Assembly (NCBI GenBank): GCA_964016885.1
Contig: OZ024740.1
Location: 175,770,001-175,834,000, forward strand
Reading direction: 5' to 3'
DNA length: 64,000 nucleotides
DNA from: Eledone cirrhosa
Taxonomy: Eukaryota
Of the stretch, positions 39,301 to 52,560 are shown piece after piece. The translations under genes and the position numbers were made by a program. Position 1 is the stretch's first letter, and every line of letters starts with the position of its first letter. A model generated the notes under the pieces. It worked only from the letters and a program-made list of their open reading frames with translations. It was not told the DNA's origin and did no database searches.

Positions 39301-42300
39301 TAGTGGTGGAGGTGTTGGTAGTGGTGGACATAATAGTGGTGGTGGTGTTGGTAGTGGTGGTGGTGTTAGTAGTGGTGGTGGTGTTGGTAGTGGTGGAGGT
39401 GTTGGTAGTGGTGGTGGTGTTGGTAGTGGTGGTGGTGTTGGTAATGGTGGAGGTGTTCGTAGTGGTGGTGGTGTTAGTAGTGGTGGTGGTGTTGGTAGTG
39501 GTGGTTGTGTTGGTAGTGGTGGAGGTGTTGGTAGTGGTGGAGGTGTTGGTAGTGGTGGTGGTGTTAGTAGTGGTGGTGGTGTTAGTAGTGGTGGTGGTGT
39601 TGGTAGTGGTGGTGGTGTTGGTAGTGGTGGAGGTGTTGGTAGTGGTGGTGGTGTTGGTAGTGGTGGTGGTGTTGGTTGTGGTGGTGGTGTTGGTAGTGGT
39701 GGAGGTGTTGGTAGTGGTGGAGGTGTTGGTAGTGGTGGTGGTGTTAGTAGTGGTGGAGGTGTTGGTAGTGGTGGTGGTGTTAGTAGTGGTGGTGGTGTTG
39801 GTAGTGGTGGTTGTGTTGGTAGTGGTGGAGGTGTTGGTAGTGGTGGTGGTGTTAGTAGTGGTGGTGGTGTTAGTAGTGGTGGCGGTGTTAGTAGTGGTGG
39901 TGGTGTTGGTAGTGGTGGTGGTGTTAGTAGTGGTGGAGGTGTTGGTAGTGGTGGTGGTGTTAGTAGTGGTGGAGGTGTTGGTAGTGGTGGTGGTGTTAGT
40001 AGTGGTGGTGGTGTTAGTAGTGGTGGTGGTGTTAGTAGTGGTGGTGGTGTTGGTAGTGGTGGTGGTGTTAGTAGTGGTGGTGGTGTTGGTAGTGGTGGTG
40101 GTGTTAGTAGTGGTGGTGGTGTTGGTAGTGGTGGACATAATAGTGGTGGTGGTGTTGGTAGTGGTGGAGGTGTTGGTAGTGTTAGTGGTGTTGGTAGTGG
40201 TGGTGGTGTTAGTAGTGTTGGAGGTGTTGGTAGTGGTGGAGGTGTTGGTAGTGGTGGTGGTGTTGGTAGTGGTGGAGGTGTTGGTAATGGTGGAGGTGTT
40301 GGTAGTGGTGATGTTGGTAGAGGTGGAGGTGTTGGTGATTGTGGAGGTGTTGGTTGTGGTGGTGGTGTTGGTAGTGGTGGAGGTGTTGGTAGTGGTGGAG
40401 GTGTTGGTGGTTGTGGAGGTGTTGGTTGTGGTGGTGGTGTTGGTAGTTGTGGAGGTGTTGGTAGTGGTGGAGGTGGTGGTCGTGGTGGAGGTGTTGGTAG
40501 TGGTGTTGGTGTTGGTAGTGGTGGAGGTGTTGGTTGTGGCGGAGGTGTTGGTAATGGTGGTGTTGGTGGTAGTGGTGGATGTGTTGGTAGTGGCGGACAT
40601 AATAGTGGTGGAGGTGTTGGTAGTGGTGGAGGTGTTGGTAGTGGTGGACGCGTTGGTAGTGGTGGAGGTGTTGGTAGTGGTGGTGTTGGTAGTGGTGGTG
40701 GTGTTGGTAGTGGTGGAGGTGTTGGTAGTGGCGGAGGTGTTGGTAGTGGTGGTGGTGTTGGTAGTGGTGGTGGTGTTGATAGTGGTGGTGGTGTTGGTAG
40801 TGGTGGTGGTGTTGGTAGTGGTGGTGGTGTTGGTAGTGGCGGTGGTGTTGGTAGTGGTGGTGGTGTTGGTAGTGGTGGTGGTGTTGGTAGTGGCGGTGGT
40901 GTTGGTAGTGGTGGTGTTCGTAGTGGTGGTGGTGTTGGTAGAGGTGGTGTTGGTAGTGGTGGAGGTGTTGGTAGTGTCGGTGGTGTTGGTAGTGGTGGTG
41001 GTGTTGGTAGTGGTGGTGTTGGTAGTGGTGGAGGTGTTGGTAGTGGCGGAGGTGTTGGTAGTGGTGGTTGTGTTGGTAGTGGTGGTGGTGTTGATAGTGG
41101 TGGTGGTGTTGGTAGTGGTTGTGGTGTTGGTAGTGGTGGTGGTGTTGGTAGTGGTGGAGGTGTTGGTAGTGGTGGAGGTGTTGGTAGTGGTGGTGGTGTT
41201 GGTAGTGGTGGTGGTGTTGATAGTGGTGGTGGTGTTGGTAGTGGTGGTGGTGTTGGTAGTGGTGGTGGTGTTGGTAGTGGCGGTGGTGTTGGTAGTGGTG
41301 GTGGTGTTGGTAGTGGTGGTGGTGTTGGTAGTGGCGGTGGTGTTGGTAGTGGTGGTGGTGTTGGTAGTGGTGGTGTTGGTAGTGGTGGAGGTGTTGGTAG
41401 TGTCGGTGGTGTTGGTAGTGGTGGTGGTGTTGGTAGTGGTGGTGGTGTTGGTTGTGGTGGTGGTGTTGGTAGTGGTGGTGGTGTTGGTAGTGGTGGTGTT
41501 GGTAGTGGTGGAGGTGTTGGTAGTGGCGGTGGTGTTGGTAGTGGTGGTGGTGTTGGTTGTGGTGGTGGTGTTGGTAGTGGTGGTGGTGTTGGTAGTGGTG
41601 GTGTTGGTAGTGGTGGAGGTGTTGGTAGTGGCGGTGGTGTTGGTAGTGGTGGTGTTGGTAGTGGTGGAGGTGTTGGTAGTGGCGGTGGTGTTGGTAGTGG
41701 TGGTGGTGTTGGTAGTGGTGGTGGTGTTGGTAGTGTTGGTGGTGTTGGTTGTGGTGGTGGTGTTGGTAGTGGTGGTGGTGTTGGTAGTGGTGGTGTTGGT
41801 AGTGGTGGAGGTGTTGGTAGTGGCGGTGGTGTTGGTAGTGGTGGTGGTGTTGGTAGTGGTGGTGGTGTTGGTAGTGGTGGTGGTGTTGGTAGTGGCGGTG
41901 GTGTTGGTAGTGGTGGTGGTGTTGGTAGTGGTGGTGTTGGTAGTGGTGGAGGTGTTGGTAGTGGTGGTGGTGTTGGTAGTGGTGGTGGTGTTGGTAGTGG
42001 TGGTGGTGTTGGTAGTGGTGGAGGTGTTGGTAGTGGTGGAGGTGTTGGTAGTGGTGGAGGTGTTGGTAGTGGTGGTGGCGTTGGTAGTGGTGCTGGTGTT
42101 GGTAGTGGTGGAGGTGTTGGTAGTGGTGGTGGTGTTGGTAGTGGTGGTGGTGTTGGTAGTGGCGGTGGTGTTGGTAGTGGTGGTGGTGTTGGTAGTGGTG
42201 GTGTTGGTAGTGGTGGAGGTGTTGGTAGTGGTGGTGGTGTTGGTAGTGGTGGTGGTGTTGGTAGTGGTGGTGGTGTTGGTAGTGGTGGAGGTGTTGGTAG

Positions 42301-42650
42301 TGGTGGAGGTGTTGGTAGTGGTGGTGGCGTTGGTAGTGGTGCTGGTGTTGGTAGTGGTGGAGGTGTTGGTAGTGGTGGTGGTTGTGTTGGCAATCGTGGA
42401 GTGTTGGTTGTGGTGGTGGTGTTGGTAGTGGTGGTGTTGGTAGTGGAGGTGGTCGTGTTGTTAACGGTGGAGGTGTTGGTAGTGGTGGAGGTGTTGGTAG
42501 TGTTGGTAGTGGTGGTGGTTGTGTTGGCAATGGTGTAGTGTTGGTTGTGGTGGTGGTGTTGGTAGTGGTGGAGGTTTTGGTAGTGGTGGTGGTTGTGTTG
42601 GCAATGGTGGAGGTATTGGTTGTGGTGGAGGTGTTGGCAGTGGTGTTGGT
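33330..42650. repeat. ~9.3-kb minisatellite, 18-bp unit GGTGTTGGTAGTGGTGG(T/A), with 15-bp variants
   Basis: Hundreds of tandem units. The minus strand reads (TNTTTT)n. Flanks are degenerate triplet DNA. Confidence 0.97.
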
Positions 42651-45600
42651 GATAACGGACGGAGATGATGTTATCGGTAGTAGTAAGAGAGTAAGTGGTA
42701 GGTGTAACGGTAGTAGTAGAGGAGGTGGGGTGGCAGTTACGACAATGGCGTTGCAGTGTTATACATCTCACTTACTTCCCTTCCTCTTGTCAGTTGTCTG
42801 TACTATTGTTACGGTTTTTATTGTTTTTGTTCTTTATGCTTCTTTTAACTCTTCTCCTGTTGCTGCCGCTGTTATTTGTTGTTGTTGCAGCTACTTGTGC
42901 AGCTTCTACTGCTGTTATTGCAACTGCTGCACTTATTGATGTCATTGCAATATCTGCTGCCGTTGCGTCTGATACTTCAGTGATGTCTACAGCTGTTGCT
43001 TATCAAATTCATGTTCGTCAGGTTGTTGTTGTTGCTGCTCTTGTGTGGTTGTAGCATGGCCAAATGTTTAAAAGGTTTGCCCCGCAATTATAAAAATAGC
43101 AATCAGGTATCTTACGTGGTACACCCTATTGAGGTGGTTCCCAAACAGTGCGCTGTGTGTGGCACCGGCAATTAAAAAATATAATTTAAGCCTTTAGAAA
43201 ATCTATTATAATGCTCGGTTGATTCAGCATGACCGAAGAGTTAAGAGGTTAGTTTCAATCCCACTATTTGGCATCTTGAACAAATGTCGTTTAACATAGC
43301 TTCAGTTCGACCCCCCAATATTTGAATGAAACTGGGTTTACAGAAATTGTTTGAAAGCCCGTTGCATTCATCGTGTCTAATTCAAAAGACCAATCCTGCC
43401 GCACACTCTCATTCTGAATCTCTCTGAGAATTACATTAAGGTTACACGTGCCTGTGTCATGCTCAGTCCTTACCAATTTACATGTTAATTTCTCCAGTAG
43501 GGGGTTGCGTTGATCGAATAACAAGAACATTCATCGTCGAAACCGATGGAGGTTCACTTCCATCTTTCTTGTTATTGTTTAGCCCTTGGTAAATCCTGAT
43601 CACCAAAGAATTCGAGATCGACAACTCAAGGGTCGATGGGACGACCAAGTGGGTCAAAAGAACTTAGAGGGCTATAACTTAAACATTTGTATAAGAAATC
43701 AATATACATAAAACTATAAAATACACGTTGCTTATACATGTTTTATATATAAATCAAAATGCTTTCGTTCATACATAACTGCACCGTGAAAATGGCTTGG
43801 TGGCTTAATAACTAAAAAACAATAAACAAGAAAAATGGACATGTGTGAGACATAGTTTGCCACAGTAATCTTCCTTCATCGTAGCCCTCAGACAACACCA
43901 TCTTAAGAAAAATACTCCTCCATTATACTACAGACAAATATATACACATAGTCACAAAATAGCAATATAAAGATCAATAAATTCAATAATCACAAAACAT
44001 ATTCAAATGGTGTGCCGCTGTTGTGTTTGTTACGAGGAGGGCCAGCGCTACTATTAAGGCTACTAGGTAGCCACCTAGGACGAAACCTCAGTGCGGTTCA
44101 TTATTGGACCTTAAAGTATCACAGTTTTATTTAAAAAAATTATAGAATCAACTTCAATATATAATAATTTCCCGCGATTAATAAATAAATTAATAATGTA
44201 GAAGCACTGTGGAAATATCCAGAGGTGGAGAGAGTCGTATGGTATTATAAGCTGCCACATGAGTAGAGAACCGAAGATTATAGTGCCCAAATGTCAATTG
44301 TTAGTCGATAGAGCGTAATTTGTGGAGAATTTTCCTACCGATTTCAGTAGATCGAACGACACGTATACCCATATTATTAGAATGTGCGCAAATTATAAGG
44401 ATGTTTTTGTGTTTAGGTTGGAAAGATACGGTATGTGTGCAGATTGTAAATGTTTTATGCAACTTGCAAAGTTTGTACGCAGGCTGTAAGGATGCCATAT
44501 GTGTACAAATTCTAAGAATTTGGGATGTGTACAGAGTGAAAAGATGTATGTGTGCAACGTTTAAGGACGTGATGTCTGTTGCAGATGTTAAAGATGTGGG
44601 ATGTGTTTAGCCTATAAGAATGTCGTATGTGTATAAACTGTAAGGATTTTTTATGTGTACAGTGTGTATATGTATGGTATTAGTGCAGGCCGTAAGAATG
44701 TTCGGGGTGTAAAAATGTTGTTTGTGTCCAGATTGCAAAGGTATAATATGTATGCTGATTGTAAGGATGTACCTTGAAGTATTTCTAAATATTTTTAGCT
44801 CTGGGTACGTTTGTTGTCTGTAAAAATGTGATATATGTGCAAATTGTAATGATATTGTTTGTGTGAAGGCGGTAAATATTCCACGTAACACCATCACCAC
44901 CATCGCCTCCATCAATATCCTCATCCTCATCATCATCATCATCATCATCATTATCATCGTCATCATCATCCTCATCCACATCAGCACTAACTCCAACTCT
45001 TGAGGGAGCCTCTACTTGCACACTCAACCTACTTATTAGAATTAGCAGCCAAACCTCTCTCAATATTTGTGGCAAAACTGGACTTTTAAATAACGATTAC
45101 AGCTTCACCAGGCTTATGTTCATTCAGTTTCATCCTTAAGGCTTCGATCAACGTATAGCTATGGTACAAACACTTGCTCCAGAATGTTACGTAGTGGCAT
45201 CAAAACCGGGACCTTGTGTGTACGAAACTAACTTCCTTGGCATTCAGCCATGCTGTGCCGACTGTGAATGCTATAGTGATTTCGGTGAAGCCTAGTACTT
45301 TTTTCTGTTTGTTTTTTTTAGTATTTGTTATGGGAAGTTGGCTTCACAATCATTACGTCCCAGGTCCTATCCCACATCTATCATAGCCTCGGGTCGACCA
45401 ATGCCTTGGGTAAACGAAAACTGTTTGAAAGTCCGTTAGATGGACTGCACCTGCAAACCAAAGGGCCTGTCATGGTACAGACGTCAAGTAAGGTGTCTGT
45501 GGAATGCTTAGCCACTAGTACTTTAATTACATCAGCAGGCTGTTCCAATGATCAAATAACTGAAACACATCCTGCAGACCGATGGTGGCCCATTATTCGT

Positions 45601-46069
45601 CATTATTTTGTACGGGGTCGATAAAATAAAGCATCAGTAATGCACTGGGGTAATTGCTGGCCTTGTACCAAAAGTAGAAACAATTATTTTGTATAGTTAT
45701 ATTACTATGAATGATATTTAGTTGAATCCGATATTCTATAAAATATATTCTTGTAAAAAGGATAATGGTGTGGTAGGTGTATATGTTGGATTAAAGTGTT
45801 TGTGCAACTGTCTGGGGAATTGATGGGAGAAGTTATTGTGACAGCATCTGCATGCGAAGCTGTGTATGATGCAGGATGGTTCGGATAATACAAAATGAAA
45901 TAAATAAAATGCAACGTGTGAGAGGGTGGATCCTTGTGGTACACATTTGAAATAATTAGAAATTCTAGATGTGTTGTTGTTGCGGATATGGTGTTAAAAT
46001 GGGGATGACGATGTTTACTGATCGTGGTAAAGATGTCCTGTAATGCCGGCTTGTGTTGCTAATTATAGC

Positions 46070-47860
46070 TTTGGTGTGGGTGGTGTTGGCAATATTGGTG
46101 TTACTGGTTTTGGTGGAGTTACTGTTAGTGATGGTATTATTACTGATATTTGAAGGGTGACTAATGGTGGTCCTACTGAGTAGTGTTGCTGTTACTGGTT
46201 TTCGTGGTGTTACCAGTATTTGTGGTGGTACTGATGATGGTGGTGTTGGTGTTACTGATGGTGGTGTTACTAATGGTGGTGGTGCTGGTTTTAATGATGG
46301 TTGTGTTGGTGTTATTGATGGTGGTGTTACTGATGGTGGTGGTGGTGGTGTTATTGGTGTTGGTGTTGGTATTACTGATGATGGAGGTGTTGGTGTTATT
46401 GATGGTGGTGTTACTGATGGTGGTGGTGGTGGTGTTACTGATGGTGGTGTTACTGATGGTGGTGGTGGTGGTGGTGTTACTGGTGTTGGTGTTGGTATTA
46501 CTGATGATGGTTGTGTTGGTGTTATTGATGGTGGTGTTACTGGTGTTACTGGTGTTGGTGTTGGTATTACTGATGATGGTGGTGTAGGTGTTATTGATGG
46601 TGGTGTTACTGATGGTGGTGGTGGTGGTGTTATTGATGGTGGTGTTACTGATGGTGGTGGTGGTGGTGGTGTTACTGGTGTTGGTGTTGGTATTACTGAT
46701 GATGGTTGTGTTGGTGTTATTGATGGTGGTGTTACTGATGGTGGTGGTGATGGTGTTACTGGTGTTGGTGTTGGTATTACTGATGATGGTGGTGTAGGTG
46801 TTATTGATGGTGGTTTTAATGATGGTTGTGGTGGTGTTATTGATGGTGGTGTTACTGATGGTGGTGGTGGTGGTGTTACTGGTGTTGGTGTTGGTATTAC
46901 TGATGATGGTTGTGTTGGTGTTATTGATAGTGGTGTTACTGATGGTGGTGGTGATGGTGTTACTGGTGTTGGTGTTGGTATTACTGATGATGGTGGTGTA
47001 GGTGTTATTGATGGTGGTGTTACTGATGGTGGTGGTGGTGGTATTACTGATGATGGTTGTGTTGGTGTTATTGATGGTGGTGTTACTGATGGTGGTGGTG
47101 GTGGTGTTACTGGTGTTGGTGTTGGTATTACTGATGATGGTTGTGTTGGTGTTATTGATGGTGGTGTTACTGATGGTGGTGGTGGTGTTATTGATGGTGG
47201 TGTTACTGATGGTGGTGGTGATGGTGGTGTTACTGGTGTTGGTGTTGGTATTACTGATGATGGTGGTGTTGGTGTTATTGATGGTGGTGTTACTGATGAT
47301 GGTGGTGTTGGTATTACTGATGTTGCTGTTGGTATTACTTATCGTGGTGGTGGTATTACTGGTTGTGGTGTTGGTATTACTGATGATGGTGGTGTCGGTG
47401 TTACTGATGATAGTGCTGATTGTATTATTGATGGTGGAGTTGGTGTTTTTAATTGTGGTTGCGTTACTAATGGTGTTTATGGTGATGGTAGTTTTACTGA
47501 TGGTCGAGGTAGTGGCGTAACTTATGGTGGTGTTGTTGGTCTTACTGAGAATGGTAGTGTTGTTACTGATAGTGATGTTGCTGGTCCTGACTTTGGTTGT
47601 AGTGTTACTGCTGATAGTGGTGTTGTTGACAGTGTTGTTGACAGTGTTATTAATGATAGTATTGGTTGAACTGGTGATGGTAGTTGTGATGGAGGTAGTA
47701 GTGGTAGTGGTAATGGTGATGGTAGTAGTGGTGGTAGTGGTAATAGTAGTGATGGTAGTTTTACTTATGCTGGAGGTGGTGTTCGTGCAGGTGGTGTTCT
47801 TGGTGTTACTGGTGTTTGAGGCGTTGTTGTTGTTACGGTGGTGCTGGTATTACTGATTTT
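46070..47860. repeat. Triplet-based minisatellite (GGTGTTACTGATGGT / GGTGTTATTGATGGT) with higher-order blocks
   Basis: Recurring block GTTACTGGTGTTGGTGTTGGTATTACTGATGATGGT at ~60-120 bp spacing. Confidence 0.93.
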
Positions 47861-49006
47861 GTTGTTGTTGATATTAAGAATGTAGGTACTATCATTGATG
47901 GTGTTGTTGGTTGTTGTGTTTCCGAAAATGTTGTTCCTACTCTTCTTGTTTAATCAGCTCAGCATTAATCAAACAAATCTATCCTCAAAACTCTTCCAGT
48001 CGTCCTAACTGAGGCCAGAACATCTTTTAGTAAATCTATGATTACATTGTCTGTGTGATTTAAATTTTCTATGAAGGTGAGGTATGAATTGGTAGATATT
48101 TAGCTGCTATTTCTAGCAGGCAGATTGAGTGACCATGCAGTGCTCTCCGCATTGGCTCGTGATACTGTTGACGTGGAGGATAATGATGATAATGGTGATG
48201 GTGGGGATGGAAATTATTAGTAGTCTAGGTGAGGGCTTTAAATCATATTGATTTACTTATAGGTAATGTCAGATGTGCTGTTACTGTTGCAGTTGTTATT
48301 TTTGTTGTTGCTGCACGTGTTATTGCTGCTCATCTGTTGCTGTTGTTGGTGATGTTGCTATTACTATTGTTGTGATTGTTTTTTATTGCCTTTATTGTTG
48401 TTGTTACTGTTAATGTTTTTCTTGTTGTGGTTGCTGGTGTTGTAATTGTTGTTGTTGCTTTGGCCGTTATTTTTGCTGTTATTGTTGTAGTAGTAGTAGT
48501 TGTTGTTGTTTTTGTTGTAGTTGTTTGTGATAATGTTGTTAGTGTTGTTGTTGTTGTTGTTGTTGTTACTGTTGCTGCTGTTGTTGCTGTTGTTGTTTGT
48601 TTTTCATTGGTGTTGTAGTTGTTAGTGATGTTGTTGCTGCTGTTGATTTTGTTGCTCTTGCTACTGTTGCTGTTATTGTTGTTGTTATTTTGTTGCTGTT
48701 ATTTTCTTGATTTTACCTGTGTTTTTCATAATCTTGTCGTTTCAAGTTCATAAACCTGCTACAGTCGTTGCTGTCGTGGCTGTTGTCATTGCTTTTCTCG
48801 TTCTTGTTGATGAAGCTCAAAATGTGACGTTTATCTGAATGTCCGTTTTTGGCAGACCAATTTGTAATTCTGTTGTTCACTCTTCTTTGGTTCTGTACAT
48901 ATGTGACATCTGTAGAAAGATAAAGAATAAATACTTAACTATGATGGCTGAGACAAGATTAAGATATGATAGGTATTTACATAGCTTTGATAAATTAAGA
49001 AATAAT

Positions 49007-49178
49007 TGTTTCTACTTTAGGCACAAGGCCAGCAATTACCCAGTGCATTACTGGTACTTTATTTTATCGACCCCGTAAGGATGAAAGGCAAAGTCAACCT
49101 CGGCGGGATTTGAACTCAGATCGTAAAGGGACGTAACTATGCTGGAAAGCATGGCGTCCGACCCTCTACCGATACTGC
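49007..49178 (-). mobile_element. Young family A SINE with 15-bp TSD
   Basis: AAATTAAGAAATAAT at 48992 and 49179. Confidence 0.93.
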
Positions 49179-49245
49179 AAATTAAGAAATAATACATATA
49201 CATACGTAGACACATTTGAACATGTGTGTGCGTATGTGTATAATC

Positions 49246-49309
<64 letters not shown>

Positions 49310-49311
49310 AT

Positions 49312-49372
<61 letters not shown>

Positions 49373-49449
49373 TTTGTGTGTGAGTTTGTGTGTGTGTGCG
49401 TGCGTGTGTATGTAGATATATGTATATGTGTGTGTAGATTTATGTGTAT

Positions 49450-49480
<31 letters not shown>

Positions 49481-49481
<1 letters not shown>

Positions 49482-49670
49482 GACGGAGGAAATGTGGTAA
49501 GGAACCAGGTGGACCATAACGCACCAAAGTACTCAATACTTAGGGTAGTAGAGTGGGTAATAGGAACGAGTAGGACCCCGACGGCTGAGCTCAAGCCGTT
49601 TCGACGGCTAATTCTGGACTGAATTAGCTGTCGAAACGGCTTGAGCTCAGCCGTCAGGGTCCTACTCGTT

Positions 49671-49675
<5 letters not shown>
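49481..49675 (-). mobile_element. Small fold-back element in (TA)n carrying the 3' half of an HHR
   Basis: 55-bp arms 49560-49614 and 49621-49675 with a 6-nt loop. Contains GAAAC-GGCTTGAGCTCAGCC-GTC. A second copy lies at 55643-55792. Confidence 0.85.
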
Positions 49676-49749
<74 letters not shown>

Positions 49750-50419
49750 ATATCTATGTGTGTATGTATGTGTATATGTATGAATGTATGTATGGATATG
49801 TGTGTCTGCGTGTGTGTAAAATAAATTTAAAAAACTGCTCAAATGTTATCATTATTCGAGATATTTTGTTTTATTTATTATTAATTCTTTTCAGTTTATT
49901 TGTCATAGCAAAGTACCCAAGTCTACCGGCGATCAACGTTTCTAGATCTTCATTTTGTGTGTGTAGATGAATCAATCATTTCTAATGTATGTTGTTGCTG
50001 TTTTATGATAGACACAAATCTGTGGAATGATCTTTCAATGACTCTCATCATTTCTGGATTAAAACAATTTAAAACTATTATTTACCTCCATAAATGTGAC
50101 GGATTCACAAAATTGTTGGGCGTTGGATGAGATTCTTTGTGATATTTCTTCAGGGTATTTACGTTGTGATTTCAAATACTGCCGAGGTTAACTCTACCAT
50201 ACACCCTCCCCGTGTCATTAAAATAATGCATCAGTCCTGTACTGGGGTCGATTTAATCGACTTTCCTCTCCATTTGAATGTGCTACAGTGTGCTTAGATT
50301 AGAAATAAGTATTGAGCTCCATGTTTCTTTCAGGTATTAGGAGTGTATTATGTATGTTTAATAAAGTTTACTTTATGATTGATGTGCTATTAATTATGGA
50401 AAAAAAAAATAAACGACGC

Positions 50420-50725
50420 CATTCGGTTACAAATAACCATTGGATTTGCATCTAGAAAGTTCCCCTCGGAGGCACAAATCCGGGAAAGGTTGTTTGTAGA
50501 AGACTAGCAGTTGCCCATGCATACCGCTCTCACCTCTCCACGTCACCGATCTTGTTCACGGGAAAGGCAATGGCCGATTGAGCTTGACACCAGTGATATC
50601 GCAAATCATTTCTGAAGCTGAGTAAACTGGAGCAATGTGAAATAACGTGTCTTCTTAAAGGACACAAGGCATGACCCAATATGGGAATCGAACTCACAAT
50701 CTCACGATTGCAAGCCCAATGCTAC
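50420..50725 (-). mobile_element. Old tRNA-derived SINE, different family
   Basis: Minus-strand B-box GAGTTCGATTCCC, followed by TGTGTCCTTTAAG..ACACG..TTGCTCCAGTTTACTCAGC. Confidence 0.65.
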
Positions 50726-51524
50726 TTGTGTAGGCACTGTGTGAATGGGTGGTCTATATAGGAAGGTTGTTTTTATATTTCCTCAAGCACACACGAATCT
50801 TCTCTTGGAATCCGTTATGATTCAGCAATTAAATTTTAAATATTCCTACGTCTGAATATGTATAAAGAAAGGGACAAAGACCATGCTTGGGTAAATACAC
50901 ATTGATAAATACCTATAATAATGCATGAAGAAGATAAAATATGGTGAGTTACATACTACATGATGGGCCAGAATTCATGACTCACTTGATTATTTATAGA
51001 TCTATTAACACAAAATATTATAAAACAAGTTAAGAAATATAATACCATATATAGGCATAAGATCATGAACAAGATACGGTAAGCTCACTACTGTACACAT
51101 TTAATTAATGCGCTGCTTAGTTAAATCGGTTTTCCATAAGAAATATAACTAAGAAGCGAGTCATGAATTCTGGCCCACTTTGTACAGTATATAGGCGTAA
51201 TGTATATAAAATACTTTCTCCAGGTCATAGATATAATTCTTCAAGTTACGTCCATAACGATCGATCTATGACTAGTTGTTTGGAACGGAAACTGATAGTA
51301 AGTCAGTATAGACGAGTACCTATATTTACTTGCTTATTTAGTGACTTTTAGGGTAAGGTAATTTGTTATAATCTCACCTTTCTGTAAATGCAAGGTGAGG
51401 CAACACCATATTGTAGTTTTTGCATGGTGACTGCAATATTTACGAAGAGGAAGCTTAAAATCTGATCTGCAGGCTCATAGCTTATTGTATTGGATATGTT
51501 TCTTTCTATCGCGCTTGTTGTTAA

Positions 51525-51745
51525 TAATCGTTTCTAATTTCGGTAGAAATCCAGCAATCTGAGAGTAAGGTGAAAGTCGATTATTTCGAATTAAGTACTT
51601 GTCTGGCACTTTATTTTATCGAACCTGGCAAGATGAAAGGCAAAGTTGATCTCGCAGGATTTGATCTCAGCATGTAAAGAGCCATAAGTAAATACTGCAA
51701 AGCAATTTATCCGGTGCTCTAACGATTCTGTCTATCCACCGCCCT
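51525..51745 (-). mobile_element. Older full-length family A SINE
   Basis: Core motif and head GGGCGGTGGATAG on the minus strand. Confidence 0.8.
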
Positions 51746-52341
51746 TTACGCTTGATAAAAATAACCGACGCTTTTAATGGGAAAGAAAATAACAAAAAAA
51801 TGAAAGCTTGAACAATTTCTAACGGTAACATACTTTTGAAAAATATTAATATGCATGCAAGCAATTACAATAATTAGCGGTTGTTGCAATTTTTTCAGTC
51901 ATGCATTTAAACATGTTAAAAGTCTAGTTTTTGAATATTGATAATTTACGTGTTATCTGATTAGGTTTAGTGTTTTTGCAAAACATTACTAATTCTAGCT
52001 AATGTTTGGATGTAATACAGACTGTTCTGTGTCTTATGAGGTTTCTCACTATTTTGATCTGTAGTCAAGTAAGGGTGCATTAAGTTCATATAATACACTT
52101 CATGTATAGTTTGTTCGTTTATATTTTGCATGTATATATATTGTATATATTGTATATATTGTATTAGATTAGTTTTTCAATTGTTATATAGCATTTCTGG
52201 GTTGAGATTTCACCACAATGTGAACATTCATTATCCTGTGCACGTACATGCATTTATTAGTTTATTTAAATGAGACACATGCGATACATCTATAATCTCA
52301 TCTAAATCCTCCATCTTTCCACCCCTCTTCCCCCTCTCCCC

Positions 52342-52476
<135 letters not shown>

Positions 52477-52494
52477 ATATATATATATGTATAC

Positions 52495-52535
<41 letters not shown>

Positions 52536-52560
52536 TATATATATATATATATATATATAT

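Noticed and set aside
33327-42538. Long + strand Val-rich and Gly-rich ORFs, and minus-strand Pro/His frames
   Set aside because: Automatic consequence of a stop-poor 18-bp repeat.
31712-43556. Apparent duplicated protein module (PP..TM..V.R.T..P..EIN...N..LREIQ) at 31712-31862 and 43405-43556
   Set aside because: The same nucleotide sequence recurs at 24803-24950 (+) and ~45.5 kb with stops and frameshifts. It is an interspersed repeat, not a coding domain.
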